Assembly (NCBI RefSeq): GCF_006345805.1
Contig: NW_021835233.1
Coordinates: 62,001-126,000 of the forward strand
Reading direction: 5' to 3'
DNA from: Octopus sinensis
Lineage: Eukaryota
Length of the DNA: 64,000 nt
Part shown: positions 1 through 12,523 of the stretch, in pieces
Layout: the number at the start of each line of letters is the position of its first letter
Position numbering within the stretch: the first letter of the stretch is position 1
Notes under the pieces: generated by a model
The model's database searches: none
What the model saw: the letters and a program-made list of their open reading frames with translations, nothing else
Told to the model about the DNA's origin: nothing
Translations under genes and position numbers: made by a program

Positions 1-1426
1 TAATAATAATGGTTAATTCCCTGGTTGATTCTTTTTGGGGATGTGATGATAAATTCAATAGAAGCAGGTAAGCAGAAATTGAACTTGGTTATTAGCCGTT
101 ACACGTAATTCCTTCAGATTTATTTGTTTAGCTGACTGGAAACCGAGAATGTAGGTTTTTGGCTTTTCTTCAGCTTGTCTGCTCTACTACTTTTAGTATT
201 AGTGGCAGCAGCTTCTGGATTTATCAAATTTTCCAGTGATTGCAGCTTATTTATAATCATTACTTCTTTCATTGCTTGCTGCACGCTCTTCGTACACTGA
301 CAAGGAATCGCGGCTTTCTTTACAAATACAATTTGAGTGATGGAAGCAATGGGTGTACGGTTAATTTGCAGATAATGCTATTGCCCTTGTCATGTCACAT
401 CTTGTTACGGTTCCAGTTTACGTCTAAAAAATTTCCTTTTCCCCTGACCTTTTAAGCGTTATGCAATGAGATATGCGAAGCTGATATTACATTTAAAATT
501 TACCTTATTAAGTTAATGTACCAGATTATAAACTTTTAGCCTTTGATTAGAAGATTGCACACAAATTTTGAATTATTTATAAGTTTCTTATACATCGCAG
601 GTTGGCTTTGCAAAGAGAATCTCAACCGCAAACCCGTCATTATTTGTAATAACACACGATGTTTTCCAACATTTGTACACTCGTTCCACATCTAACAAGT
701 TGCAATTTAAAACCAGAATGAGGAAACAAATGCCAAAGTTAATGCCTGAGCCCTGAAATTATATCAATTCTCATAATACCATTATTTTATTATAATGATA
801 CCGAATGAAAGACGTTGCATTTAAATCCCCGTGTAGGAAATTGATAAAACAAAAGGGTAGGAACTGACATATTGATCTGGTGTTTATCATTATTCTTGGA
901 AGCACCGAAGCCGTAGTAATTACTATGTTGCTTGAGTTAATTAAAATAGTCTGCGTTATGTCTTATAGAAAAATGTATTTATTATTGAAATTTAGTTGCA
1001 ACGATAATTTTTTAATTGCCCTCATATATACATATATGTGTTTGTTTGTGTGTGTGTGTGTGTGTATACATGTATATATATGTATGTAGATATATATGTG
1101 TGTATATATATAGTACATATATATATGTGTGTGTGAGTATATATATAGTACATATATGTGTGTGTGTATATATATACTATATATATAAGTGTGTGTGTGT
1201 ATATATATATATATATGTGTGTGTATGCATGTGTATGTGTGTGTATATGTGTGTGTGTATACATGTATAAATATACATATGTATATATATGTGTGTGTGT
1301 ATGTGTATGTATATGTGTGTGTGTATACATGTATAAATACACATATGTATATATATATGTGTGTGTGTGTGTGTATAGTACATATATATGTGTGTGTGTA
1401 TGTATGTGTATAATACTTACACAGTG

Positions 1427-1463
<37 letters not shown>

Positions 1464-1633
1464 TTCATCCAAGTTTATTAAATAAGTTACAAATTTTAAT
1501 TTCATTTTGATTAATGTCATTAAACTTCAATCACTATCTCTGCACTGCAAATTATAATGAACTGCACACACACACTCACACACACACACACACAAACACA
1601 AACACACACACACACACATACACACACACACAT

Positions 1634-2010
1634 GTGGAAGGTGCAATGGCTCAGTGGTTAGGGCAGAAGACTCGCAGTCGTAGGATCGCGGTTTCGATTT
1701 CCAGACCGGGCATTGTGAGTGTTCATTGAGGGAAAACACCTAAAGCTCCACAAGGCTCTGGTAGCGGATGGTGGTGAACCCTGCTGTGTCCTTTCACCAC
1801 AACTTTCTCTCACTCTTTCTTCCTGTTTCCGTTGTACCTGTATTTCAAAGGGGCCAGCCTTGTCACACTCTGTGTCATGCTGAATTTCCCAGATAACTAC
1901 GTTAAGGGTACACGTGTCTGTGGAGTGCTCAGTCACTTGCACATTAATTCACAAGCAGGCGATTCCGTTGATTGGATCAACTGGAACCCTCATCATCGTA
2001 ACTGATGGAG
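1634..2010 (+). mobile_element. tRNA-derived SINE, family D
   Basis: Pol III A-box (TGGCTCAGTGG) and B-box (GGTTTCGATT) head. Related copies at about 10864-11170, 18175-18370, 19712-20110 and 54676-54860. Confidence 0.8.
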
Positions 2011-2033
2011 TGCCATGGCTATATATATATCTA

Positions 2034-2092
<59 letters not shown>

Positions 2093-2202
2093 GTATATAT
2101 ATATATGTATATGTATATATATATATATGTATATATATGTATATGTATATATACATATGTATATATATATATGTGTGTGTGTGTGTGTATATATATATTC
2201 CT

Positions 2203-2591
2203 TTACTCTTATTTGTTTGTCATTTGACTGTGGCCATGCTGGAGCACCACCTTTAGTTGAGCGAATCAACCCCAGAGCTTATTCTTTGTAAGCCCAGTAC
2301 TTATTCTATCGCTCTCTTTTGCCAAACCACTAAGTTACGGGACGTAAACACACCAGCATCGGTTGTCAAGCGATATTGGGGAACAAACACAGACACACAA
2401 ACACACACACACACACATAGATACATATATGACCGGTTTCTTCCAGGTTCTGTCTACCATGTCCACTCACAAGGCATTGGTCAGCCCGAGGCTATAGTAG
2501 AAGACACTTACTCAAGATGTCCTGCAGTGGGACTGAACCCAGGACCATGTGGTTGGTAAGCAAGCTACTTACCACGCAGCTACTCCTGCAC

Positions 2592-2612
<21 letters not shown>
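2203..2612 (-). mobile_element. tRNA-headed SINE family A (central (TA)n/(TG)n, tail ...actgaaacaagtaaaagag)
   Basis: Reverse complement of the ~400-bp unit repeated many times in the window. Confidence 0.85.
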
Positions 2613-2636
<24 letters not shown>

Positions 2637-3287
2637 GATTTCATGTTAATGTAAACTACCAGCTAATGTGTTAGTAGTGTCACACACACACATACACACA
2701 CACGTATATATGTTTCTGTGTGTGTGTGTATGAAGTTCATCTGAGAGACACCTACACACTAGATTAAAAGACTACTGCCAAAAGGCGTCTCTACCAAGTT
2801 AAATATTTCAATACAAAGATGGCTAGAAGCATCTAAGAACAGAGATTTTAGCTCAACAGGAAGACACAAGTGATACAAGGACAGCAAAGGCCAATGCTTT
2901 TTGGAAGCTAAGAACAGCATTGATTAAGTATAGTATTAGACTCAAAGAAGTACATTTTCTGTCTCATAAAATAGCTAAGGTATGCATGTCATGTTTCTAA
3001 CTCTCAGTCAGTGACATTGACTTGAGACATGTGTTTTTTTTTTTGAAGAGGAGATATAACATGAAAAACAGTTTCCAGCTTCAAACAGTTCTTTGTATTT
3101 AGTTTGCTCAAACTATTGAGGCTCCTTTGGCGTCCTTTTGGGAAAATTTCTCTGGAGTTAAAGAGCTTCTTTCATAATCACTTCTGCTGTTATCACTTGT
3201 GCTTCCCAGCCGAACATCAAATGTGTGCATAGGTGGTGCTTGTGTGTGTGTGTGTGTGGGTGAACTGTCAATAGTAAGTTAGATATA

Positions 3288-3690
3288 GGAGTGGCTGTGC
3301 GGTAAGCAGCTTGCTTACCAACCACATGGTTCCGGGTTCAGTCCCACTGCGTGGCACCTTGGGCAATGTCTTCTACTATAGCCTCGGGCCGACCAAAGCC
3401 TTGTGAGTGGATTTGGTAGATGGAAACTGAAAGAAGCCCGTCGTATATATGTATGTGTGTGTGTGTGTGTGTGTATGTTTGTGTGTCTGTGTTTGTCCCC
3501 CCAACGTGGCTTGACAACCGATGCTGGTGTGTTTATGACCCCGTAACTTACTGGTTCGGCAAAAGAGAACGATAGAGTAAGTACTAGGCTTACAAAGAAT
3601 AAGTCCTGGGGTTGATTTGTTCGGCTAAAGGCGGTGCTCCAGCATAGCCACAGTCAAATGACTGAAACAAGTAAAAGAGTAAAAGAGAGT
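3288..3690 (+). mobile_element. SINE family A, full length
   Basis: Head ggagtggctgtgcggtaag...ggttccgggttcagtccc, central microsatellite, conserved 3' half. Confidence 0.85.
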
Positions 3691-3971
3691 ATAGGTACAT
3701 ACATCTACATAATTCACAATATTAAACTTACCAACTAGGATAAGTCATTCTTAAATGATGATGTTAAACAATAATGATGAGTACCGTGTAATTTGAGAGA
3801 AGTTGGTTTCTGTTTCTAGCAGGATGAGTGGTTGTGTAGAAGCTTCCCGACTGGTATATGTCAAAAGAAAATGTAGAAATTGACAAATAGGGCATAGAAA
3901 GTCAAATATGGAAGACAAGTGGTACATGTTGTTTTGATACATTTACTAGTTACATTCTGCCAGTACCTTTT

Positions 3972-4084
3972 ACCATTTACATTTGACGGATATTTGTCTT
4001 CATCTTGTTTGTTGTTAACACAACGTTTCAGCTGATATACCATCCAGCCTTCAGGTGTCTTGTGGAAATTTCCAACTCGATGTT

Positions 4085-4115
<31 letters not shown>

Positions 4116-4216
4116 TTGTTATTATTATTATTATCATTATTCAGGTCACTGCCTGGAATCAAACTTGGAATCCTCAGGTTCATAGCCCACAGTCATAACC
4201 ACTATGCCATATGCCT
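3972..4216 (-). mobile_element. tRNA-headed SINE family E with (AAT)n middle and hammerhead-like tail
   Basis: Reverse strand reads A-box TGGCATAGTGG, B-box AGTTTGATTCC, (AAT)n, then a tail nearly identical to 51074-51227. Confidence 0.7.
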
Positions 4217-4441
4217 GTGGGCTTTTTTTTTTGTTTTGGCCTAGTGGTTAAGAGTGCAGGTTACTAACCTGGAAATTCCGAGTTCATTTCCAGACAGTGG
4301 CCTGAATAATAATAATAATAATCATATCCTTTTCATTTGTTTGGCATCCGAGCTCATGGCACATAAAAACACCCATTATTACACTCATAGAATTCATTAT
4401 TTTATTTCAAAAAAAATTTTTTAAACTTTTTATTTCCACAG

Positions 4442-4575
4442 GCCTTTGGGGACCAGAGGAAAAAAGGGTTGACAAGACAAAAATCAACAGCCGCATAACT
4501 TGCGCTTCTTGGACCAATGATGGTCTTTTCATGGCTTTGGGGTTATTCAATGGCGTTGTCAGTATTCGGTCAAAG
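4442..4575 (+). CDS. IFT122: IFT122 (WDR10) internal coding exon, WD40 region
   Basis: Polypyrimidine tract + tttccacAG acceptor (4440-4441) and AAG|gtaac donor (4576). Translates (G)[44 protein letters not shown], matching the human IFT122 segment [45 protein letters not shown] as I recall it. Ends in phase 0. Confidence 0.93.
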
Positions 4576-4644
4576 GTAACGTAACTGTTTTTGGAATTTT
4601 TTGTTTGAATCCTATTTATCATTTTTATATCTTTAATGTTTTAT

Positions 4645-5040
4645 GCCTTGTTTCAGTTGTTGAAGTGTGGCCATGCTGGGGCACTATCTTGAAGGGTTTT
4701 AGTCAAACAAATCAACCCCAGTACTTAGTGTTTTAAATCTGGTACTTAGTCTACATGTCTCGTTTGCTAAACTACTAAGTTATGGGGATGTAAGCAAACC
4801 AACACTGGTTGTCAAGTGGTGCTGGAGAACACACACACACACACACATATATATCTGTGTGTGTGTGTGTGTATATTGGTGCAGACGTGGCTGTGTGGTA
4901 AGAAGCATGCTTCCTAACCACATGGTCCCATATTCAGTCCCACTGCGTGGCACCTTAGGCTATTGTCTTCTACTATAGCCTTGGGCCAACCAAAGCCTTG
5001 TGAGTGGATTTGGTAGATGGAAACTGAAAGAAGCTCATCA
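4645..5040. mobile_element. SINE family A fragments (- 3' half 4645-4830; + 5' half 4876-5040)
   Basis: Direct similarity to the two halves of the family A unit. Confidence 0.7.
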
Positions 5041-5424
5041 TATATATATGTGTTGGCACATAAAAAGCACCCACTACACTCTCAGAGTGGTTGGTGTTAG
5101 GAAGGGCATCCAGCTGTAGAAACACTGCCAGATCAGACTGGAGCCTGGGGCAGCCTCCTGGCTTCCCACACCCTAGTCAAACTGTCCAACCCATGCCAGC
5201 ATGGAAAACGATGATGATGATATATATACACACACATATTCAATTTTTAATTTTGTTCTTCGGATTTCTAGTCAGTGAGAATCACGAAAAGCATTATTTT
5301 GTGAATTAGTGTTTAGGATGTAGAACTCATGACAGTAAGATTGTGGATTCAATTCCTCGACTGGTTGAAGTGTTGTGTCCTTGAGCAAAACACTTCATAA
5401 CATTTCTGCCAGCCCACCGCCTTC

Positions 5425-5820
5425 AATATATTCATTTTTACTCTAGGTACAAGGCCTGAAATTTGGGGGGAGGGGGCCTGTCAGTTAGATTGACTCCAGT
5501 ATGTAACTGGTACTTAGTTTATTGACCCCGAAAGGATGAAAGGCAAAGTCAACCTTGGCGGAATTTGAACTCAGAACCTAAAGACAGATGGAATACCGCT
5601 AAGTATTTTGCCGGGCATGCTAACGTTTTTGCCAGCCTGACGCCTTCAATGTATTCTTTTCTACATTAGGTACAAGGTCTGAAATTTTTGGGGAGGGGTC
5701 CAGTCGATTAGATCGACCCCCAGTATGCATCTAGTACTTAATTTATCGACCCCGAAAGGATGAAAGGTAAAGTCGCCCTCGGCGGAATTTGAACTCAGAA
5801 CCTGAAGACAAACAAAAAGT
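5425..5820 (-). mobile_element. Two tandem SINE family B copies (Meta/MESC-like central domain)
   Basis: Reverse complement of ...ttctgagttcaaattccgccgaggtcgactttgcctttcatcctttcggggtcgataaattaagtaccag.... The domain name comes from memory of MetaSINE-type cores. Confidence 0.75.
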
Positions 5821-5989
5821 TAGCTGATATGAAGGACTGGAAGCAGTCTGATATTGGAAAAGAGTTACTTGTCTCCTGATGATTCATGTCAAGTATCAGA
5901 ATGCAGACACCATGACTGCTGCTCAATGCCCCATGAACACTGTAAAGGCAGTAAAGTGTGACATGGGCATCATGTAAACCAAGCATCCC

Positions 5990-6500
5990 CAAAATGTGAT
6001 GGTAGATATCATGCTGCTCCACATCTTTGAACAGGGTCTTAGGCTCAATTCAGAATTCAGACAGCCATGTGAAGCTACTGGAGACTGGGGTCAATCCTTG
6101 GCTGGAGAGGGTTGCTGCTGGAAAGCCATATGTGTGGCAGCAGGATTTGACTCCTTGCCATACCTCTGGAGAGAAGTGGGAGTAGTTGTCAGAGAATTTC
6201 TGTGACTTCATCAGCCCCAATTTCTTGCATCTTAATTCTGCCAATTGTAATCCCATGGATTATGTGTGTGGGCTGTGGTTGAGAAAGACACTGACCACTC
6301 TGCTGGCAATGCCAAGATGGTTCCAGGGCCATCTTGAAGCTGTGGTGGAAGCTGAGGGCTGCCATTTTGAATAAATTGTTATCTCCCAGTCATAATCCAG
6401 TTGATATTTTTTGATTTTTTAAATGACTTTTATTTTTCGAAGGGACATTGTGTTTTCTTTACCTTTTATGCAAAATGTCAAATTTAGGCTGGACACCTTA
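5990..6500 (+). mobile_element. Decayed Tc1/mariner transposase 3' fragment, DD37D (maT-like)
   Basis: Reads HIFEQGLRLNS…WQQD(6144)LTPCHTSG…LSENFCDFISPNF…NCNPMD(6258)Y…LEAVVEAEGCHFE*. There are 37 codons between the last two catalytic Asp, with an in-frame stop and frameshifts. Confidence 0.8.
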
Positions 6501-7110
6501 TCTGTCATTAAATTTAGGACACCATTACATGTTATTAAATTTAGGACACCTTATATGTTATTTAATTTAGGGCACCTTTATAGGTTATTAAATTTAGGAC
6601 ACCTCATATGTTATTGAGTTTAGGACGCCTTATTAAATTTAGGACACCTCATGTGTTATTAAATTTTGGACACCTTATATGTTATTAATTTTAGGACGCT
6701 TTGTATGTTATTAAGTTTAGGACGTCTTATTAAATTTAGGACACCTCATGTGTTATTAAATTTTGGACACCTTATATGTTATTAATTTTAGGACGCTTTG
6801 TATGTTATTAAGTTTAGGACGTCTTATTAAATTTAGGGCACCTTATGTGTTATTTAATTTAGGACACCTTATATGTTATTAAATTTAGGACACCTTATAT
6901 GTTATTAAATTTAGGACACCTCATGTGTTATTAAATTTAGGAAACCTTATATGTTATTAAATTTAGGACGCCTTATATGTTATTAAATTTAGGACACATT
7001 ATATGTTATTAAATTTAGGACACCTTATATGTTATTAAATTTAGGACACCTCATCTGTTATTAAATTTAGACACCTTATATTTTATTATATTTAGCCTTG
7101 ATACCTTATA
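6480..7110. repeat. 26-bp minisatellite (AAATTTAGGACACCTTATATGTTATT)n, about 24 units
   Basis: Directly visible tandem periodicity with point variants. Confidence 0.9.
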
Positions 7111-8523
7111 TGAGCCAATGGCTCAGGAAGGGTTTTTGACCTTTTTTCAAAATAGAAATATACTTTCCAGCAGCTGGTATACAAATTCCTGTTTTGTTTT
7201 ATGAAGTATTTCCTACCACGACCACCATGGTTATCATCACAACGATAATCAATGCTAGAAAAAAACGCAAAACAGTCATCAATATTATTGCTTCATCATC
7301 AATTCTGTTTTTCTAACCATCAGTGTCACCCCACCACATCACCCATAACTCTTAGCTCCACTCTTTCCCTTTCTACCTTTCTTATTATCGCTGTCTACAC
7401 ACACACATGCTCTCTCTCTCTTTCTCTCTCCTCTCTGCTTATACTTCTTTATCCTTATCTTCCTCCAGTCTTATCTATTGATTCTCCTATTCGGTTACAG
7501 TCTTCGCTGCCTCTGTCACGGATATGGGATATTCAACAATGTAATTTATCAGTAAAGAGCCAACGACTACATCACATAATCCTCTCATATAATTTATACC
7601 TTGTTATTTTCACCCGTTCTTCCAACACACTAAGCTTTATTGACATTTCCAAAAGACAATCTAATGTATTTTAAGATGCCATCTAAGTCACATGTAATCT
7701 CTTGCTTATGTTCACGTCTCCATTTCCTTTAGCTTTCAGCTTTTTCCTTTCCTTTTCTCTTTTAACCAAAGGCTGGTTCCATCTTGTTTGCTTCTTTGGT
7801 CTGTACTTTAGCGACAATTGTACTTTTACCTATATATGTAATATATGTAAAGCATTCACTTCACTGCTTTGTTTTTTTGTTTTTTGTTTCTCTCTGAACC
7901 TAACCTTTTCTGCTGTAAAGTGCTGTGAAGTCAAATCGTAAAATGACTATTAGTAATCCGATTCTTGCAAAATTTGGAGATGAGCATTATCTAACTTTAC
8001 TTTCTGAAATCATACAATGGAAGCGTATCGGAATACACTTGTAACTACTAAAAAAATTATTTAAAGCCTGTTGTGTTGTATATGAATGTATATATATTTA
8101 TGTAAGTATGCAGATATATATATATATATATATATATGACTCCGGAGGAAGCAATTACAACAAATTCTCCAAAACAAGTCAGAGATCTGTTTGCAGATCT
8201 TCCCTTTCGGGGTTAATAGCTTAAAAGCTATATGTCAGCTTCGAAACACACTTTGAGTCGAACCAGGGACAGCTGATGAAGGGGAATTTTCCTTGTATTG
8301 TTTGTCCTGTACTCTGTTTTTCGTTGTTTAAAAAAAGTCCGTTTTCTTGTTTGATTTTATGTTCTCGTCTCTTGTTGTGTTCTACGTTTATTTGTGGTGT
8401 CCTGTACTCATATATATATATATATATATATGCATGTATATATACATGTAGATGTAAGTATGTACATATATGGATGTATATATGCATATATTTTATTTCT
8501 TCATTATATTACTATATATATAT

Positions 8524-8574
<51 letters not shown>

Positions 8575-8919
8575 TGGCATCCATGCTAGTGGAGCGCTAA
8601 GAGCACCATCTGAGCGTAATTGTTGCCAGGGCCATTGACTGGCTTCCGTGCTGGTGGCACGTAAAAAGCACCATTTGAGCATGGAAAACATCAATCCATT
8701 CATAGAACAGAAATTTAAAAATACAACTCTATCCATTTTAGAAGGCATTAGTGAAATGTTGGTTTCAAATTTTGACACAAGTCCAGCAAGTTCAGCGAAA
8801 GGGGTATGTCAATTACACTGACCGCTGCGTTTCACTGGTACTTTATTTATCAACCCCCAAAAGGCTGAAAGACAAAGATGACCTTGTCAGAATTTGTCCT
8901 CAGTATGTAAATCATCATT

Positions 8920-9240
8920 ATCATCATCATTTAACGTCCGTTTTCCATGCTAGCATGGGTTGGACGGTTCAACTGGGGTCTGGGAAGCCAGGAGGCTGCG
9001 CCAGGCCCAGTCTGATCTGGCAGTGTTTCTACAGCTGGATGCCCTTCCTAACGCCAACCACTCCGAGAGTGTAGTGGGTGCTTTTTATGTGCCACCTGCA
9101 CAGGTGCCAGACGAGGCTGGCAAACGGCCTCGATCGGATGGTGCTTTTTACGTGCCACCAGCACGGAGGCCAGTCGGGGCGGCGCTGGCAACGCCCACGT
9201 TCGGACGGTTCTCTTACGTGCCACCGGCACTGGTGTGGAC
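8920..9240 (-). mobile_element. RTE-derived 3' end (family C) with GTGCC..GGCAC modules and (GAT)n tail
   Basis: Reverse complement of ...ggcgttaggaagggcatccagctgtagaaac...cccatgctagcatggaaaacggacgttaaatgatgat. Confidence 0.8.
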
Positions 9241-9640
9241 GAAATATCACTAAGCATTTTTGCCTCTGCCAGTTCATCACCTTTTGTTTGTGAAATATTT
9301 AAAGAGTACTTTGGTATCAGACAACTGAATCAACTCCCAGAATTACTTAAGACCAGCTGTATTGACTACAAGCCTAAAAGCCGCCCTATTGGGTGGCTTT
9401 TAAGCTGACATATAGCTTTTAAGCTACTGACCCCGAAAGGGAAGATCTGTAAACAGATCTCTGATTTGTTTTGGAGAATTTGTTGCAAGTGCTTCCGCCA
9501 GCGTCATATCCCAATAATGATTATATTCTTTGCAAAAAATCACATAAAAGAAATCACTGAAAATAATTGCTGGATTTCACAATTAATTTCGATTATTCTT
9601 AAATTTTATTTCCAAGTTATAAAAATTGTTATTATACGTA

Positions 9641-9803
9641 GGAGTGGCTGTGTGGTAAGTAGCTTACTTACCAACCACATGGTTCTGGGTTCAGTCCTAC
9701 TGCGTGGCACCTTGGGCAAGTGTCTTCTACGATAGCCTCGGGCTGACCAAATCCTTGTGAATGGATTTGGTAGAGGGAAACTGAAAGAAGCCCATCGTAT
9801 ATA

Positions 9804-9836
<33 letters not shown>

Positions 9837-10046
9837 GTACGTGTGTGTATATGTTTGTGTGTCTGTGTTTGTTCCCCCAACATTGCTTGACAACCGATGC
9901 TGGTGTATTCACATCCCCGTAACTTAGCGGTTCAGCAAAAGAGACTAGTACTAGGTTTACAAAGAATAAGTCCTGGGGTCGATTTGCTTGACTAAAGGCG
10001 GTGCTCCAGCATGGCCACAGTCAAATGACTGAAACAAGTAAAAAAA
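9641..10046 (+). mobile_element. SINE family A, full length
   Basis: Same architecture as 3288-3690. Confidence 0.85.
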
Positions 10047-10119
10047 GATACAAAAAAATTCATTAAAAAATTACTGAAAACAATTGCAGTAATGGAAACT
10101 TGGAAATCTAGAATTTCAG

Positions 10120-10287
10120 GGTTGTGTGTCTGGATTCAGCTCAGAATGTTTTTAGTTTACTCACAGAGTTGGTCTTATTCCAAAATGGTATGATATGTTG
10201 GGCTACAGCCTCTAGGAGTAGAGTTGAAAAAGTGTGACACACTGACTCACTGATACACTGACAGTCGTATTTATTATATTAGATAGA
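10120..10287 (-). mobile_element. Truncated Helitron-like non-autonomous element (5' end)
   Basis: Reverse strand starts TCTATCTAATATAATAAA followed by (CAGT)-like short repeats, typical of non-autonomous Helitron/DINE-like 5' ends. No 3' CTAG hairpin seen. Confidence 0.45.
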
Positions 10288-10863
10288 AGAAATCCAAACA
10301 AGAGCTGGTCTTGGCAGAATTTGAACTTACAATATAAATGTTTGAAATTAAATCCTTCCTCCCATCAAGTAAAATGTTGTATGTGTCACTAAAATTTTAA
10401 AAGTGAAAAACTCAAATTTGAAAATATTCAAAATATTATAATTGTAAAAAAAAAAAAAGTCAGAATTTTTGTGAATTAAAATGTAATCAACAATTAATTA
10501 AAAGTTTGACAATTCATTTTAAATTTGGAAAAAAAAATGTCATCTTTTTCTCTCATTCAGGAGAAAGATTAATTTTAATTAAGGAAGATTAATTTAAATT
10601 TCAATTACAATACGATAGACTCTCTTATGCAAAACAGTACTGTAACAAAAGCTGCAATATCTGATATGTTGAATGTCTGTCGGTAGAAATCCCTTATTCT
10701 GTATGCATTGAAACCGATCAGTACAGCTGGGTGCCCAGATGTGAATGGGTCTCTAAATGAATGAATTAAATAGTGAATGGTTTTTTTGAAGAAAATTAAA
10801 CTTGCATAATAAGCTGAAATTTGATCAGGAGCACACGAACATGTGTTCTACACCTCAACAGCA

Positions 10864-11170
10864 GTGGAGGCGCAATGGCCCAATGGTTAGTGCAGCGGAC
10901 TCGCGGTTGTAGGATCGCGGTTTCGATTCCCAGACCGGGCATTGCGAGTGTTTATTGAGCGAAAACACCTAAAGCTCCGCGAGGCTCTGGCAGGGGATGG
11001 TGGCGATCCCTTCTGTACTCTTTCACCACAACTTTCTCTCACTCTTTCTTCTGTTGGCCTGCTCGCTTAGCCAGTGGGGTGGCATCATTTGAAGGCTAAA
11101 GCAATGCAAAGCGCATTGTGACCAGCGATGTATAGCAACATCTAATAGCCTGGTCGGTCACAGTGATCAC
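10864..11170 (+). mobile_element. tRNA-derived SINE, family D
   Basis: ggaggcgcaatggcccaatggttagtgcagcggactcgcggttgtaggatcgcggtttcgattccc head, paralogous to 1634-2010. Confidence 0.8.
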
Positions 11171-11229
11171 GGTGATATGTGTGTGTGTATGTGTGTCTGT
11201 GTGTGTGTGTGTGTATGCGTGCATGTGTG

Positions 11230-11607
11230 TGCCGGTGGCACATAAAAAGCACCATTTCAGCATGATAGTTACCAGCGTCACCTTACTGGCACTTGTGCTG
11301 GTGGCATGTGAAAAAAACATTCGAGCAAGGTCATTGCCTGTGCCACTGGACTGGCTCCTGTGCAGGTGGCACGTAAAAACCACCATTTGAGCGTGGTCAT
11401 TGCCAGTACTGCCTGACTGGCCCTCGTGCCGGTGGCACATAAAAGCACCCTCTACACTCTCGGAGTGGTTGGTGTTAGGAAGGGCATCCAGCTGTAGAAA
11501 TTCTGCCAGATCAAGACTGGAGCCAGGTGAAGCCATCTGGTTCGCCAGTCCTCAGTCAAATCGTCCAACCCATGCCAGCATGGAAAGCGGACATTAAACG
11601 ATGATGA

Positions 11608-11643
<36 letters not shown>

Positions 11644-11799
11644 TCTCGGAGTGGTTGGCATTAGGAAGGGCATCCAGCTGTAGAAACTCTGCCAGATCAA
11701 GACTGGAGCCTGGTGCAGCCATCTGGTTCGCCAGCCCTCAATCAAATTGTCCAACCTATGCTAGCATGGAAAGCAGACGTTAAATGATGATGATGATAA

Positions 11800-11800
<1 letters not shown>
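11230..11800 (+). mobile_element. Family C (RTE 3' end) copy plus a duplicated terminal segment (11642-11800)
   Basis: Module repeats followed by two tails ending aaacgatgatgat / aaatgatgatgat. Confidence 0.75.
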
Positions 11801-11834
<34 letters not shown>

Positions 11835-12523
11835 GGACCCTGCTGTACATGAAAAATGTAGTAGTAGTGTTTCAGATAAAGTGTTTGTGATTCAGCATCT
11901 CAAACGAACTAAATGTATCGTTGCAACTGCCTGCAATAAGCCCTATGGCTGCGTAGACTGCCGTGATAGTTCATTAGAAGTTGTAGACAGGTTCTATAAA
12001 CTGAAAATTGTCTAATTGGTGTTGACATGCAACAAATGACATTTTATAAGCAGGTGTGAAATGTTAATGGCGGAGGTGTTGCTACCTGCCGCCTCTTTAT
12101 GACAAAGCAATCTTCCCTTAAAGGTCACTTGCATGATGTACAAGTTGAGATGCTGATCGGCTGATGAGACACAGACTATGAAGATGGTCTACGTAGCTTG
12201 ACTAGCTTGAATTAGCTGGGGAAAATATATTTTTTTTGTTATTGTATTGAGTAAATTTAATGAAGAGAGTTCAAATGTCAAGAAGGCAATGCCATAGTGA
12301 TACATCACGTTAATTAACCCTTTAGTTACTATATTTCTCTTGTAATGCACTGTGTTTCAAGTAAATTTAAAAATAAGGAAAAAAATTTAGTAAAATAACT
12401 CTATTATTAACCTTTTGGTTACCATGTTTCTGTTGATATTTTTTACCTTTGTTTTATTTTAATTAATTTCAAAAACTGTGAAGAATTTTGTAAAATAACT
12501 TTGCCATTTATCAAGCTGGTATT

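Noticed and set aside
100-400. About 85 open codons on the minus strand and a hydrophobic antisense frame
   Set aside because: No convincing splice sites or recognisable homology; not the upstream IFT122 exon.
1634-1710. tRNA gene
   Set aside because: A/B boxes are present but there is no complete cloverleaf, and the sequence continues into a multi-copy SINE body.
11876-11990. AG/GT-bounded open segment (D)KVFVIQHLKRTKCIVATACNKPYGCVDCRDSSLEVVDR
   Set aside because: Not IFT122-like, 115 nt would frameshift the phase-0 intron, and I found no partner exons.
12158-12195. CTGATGAG motif (also 41810-41825 on the minus strand and 8271-8310)
   Set aside because: No correctly placed GAAA/GUH partner or helices.
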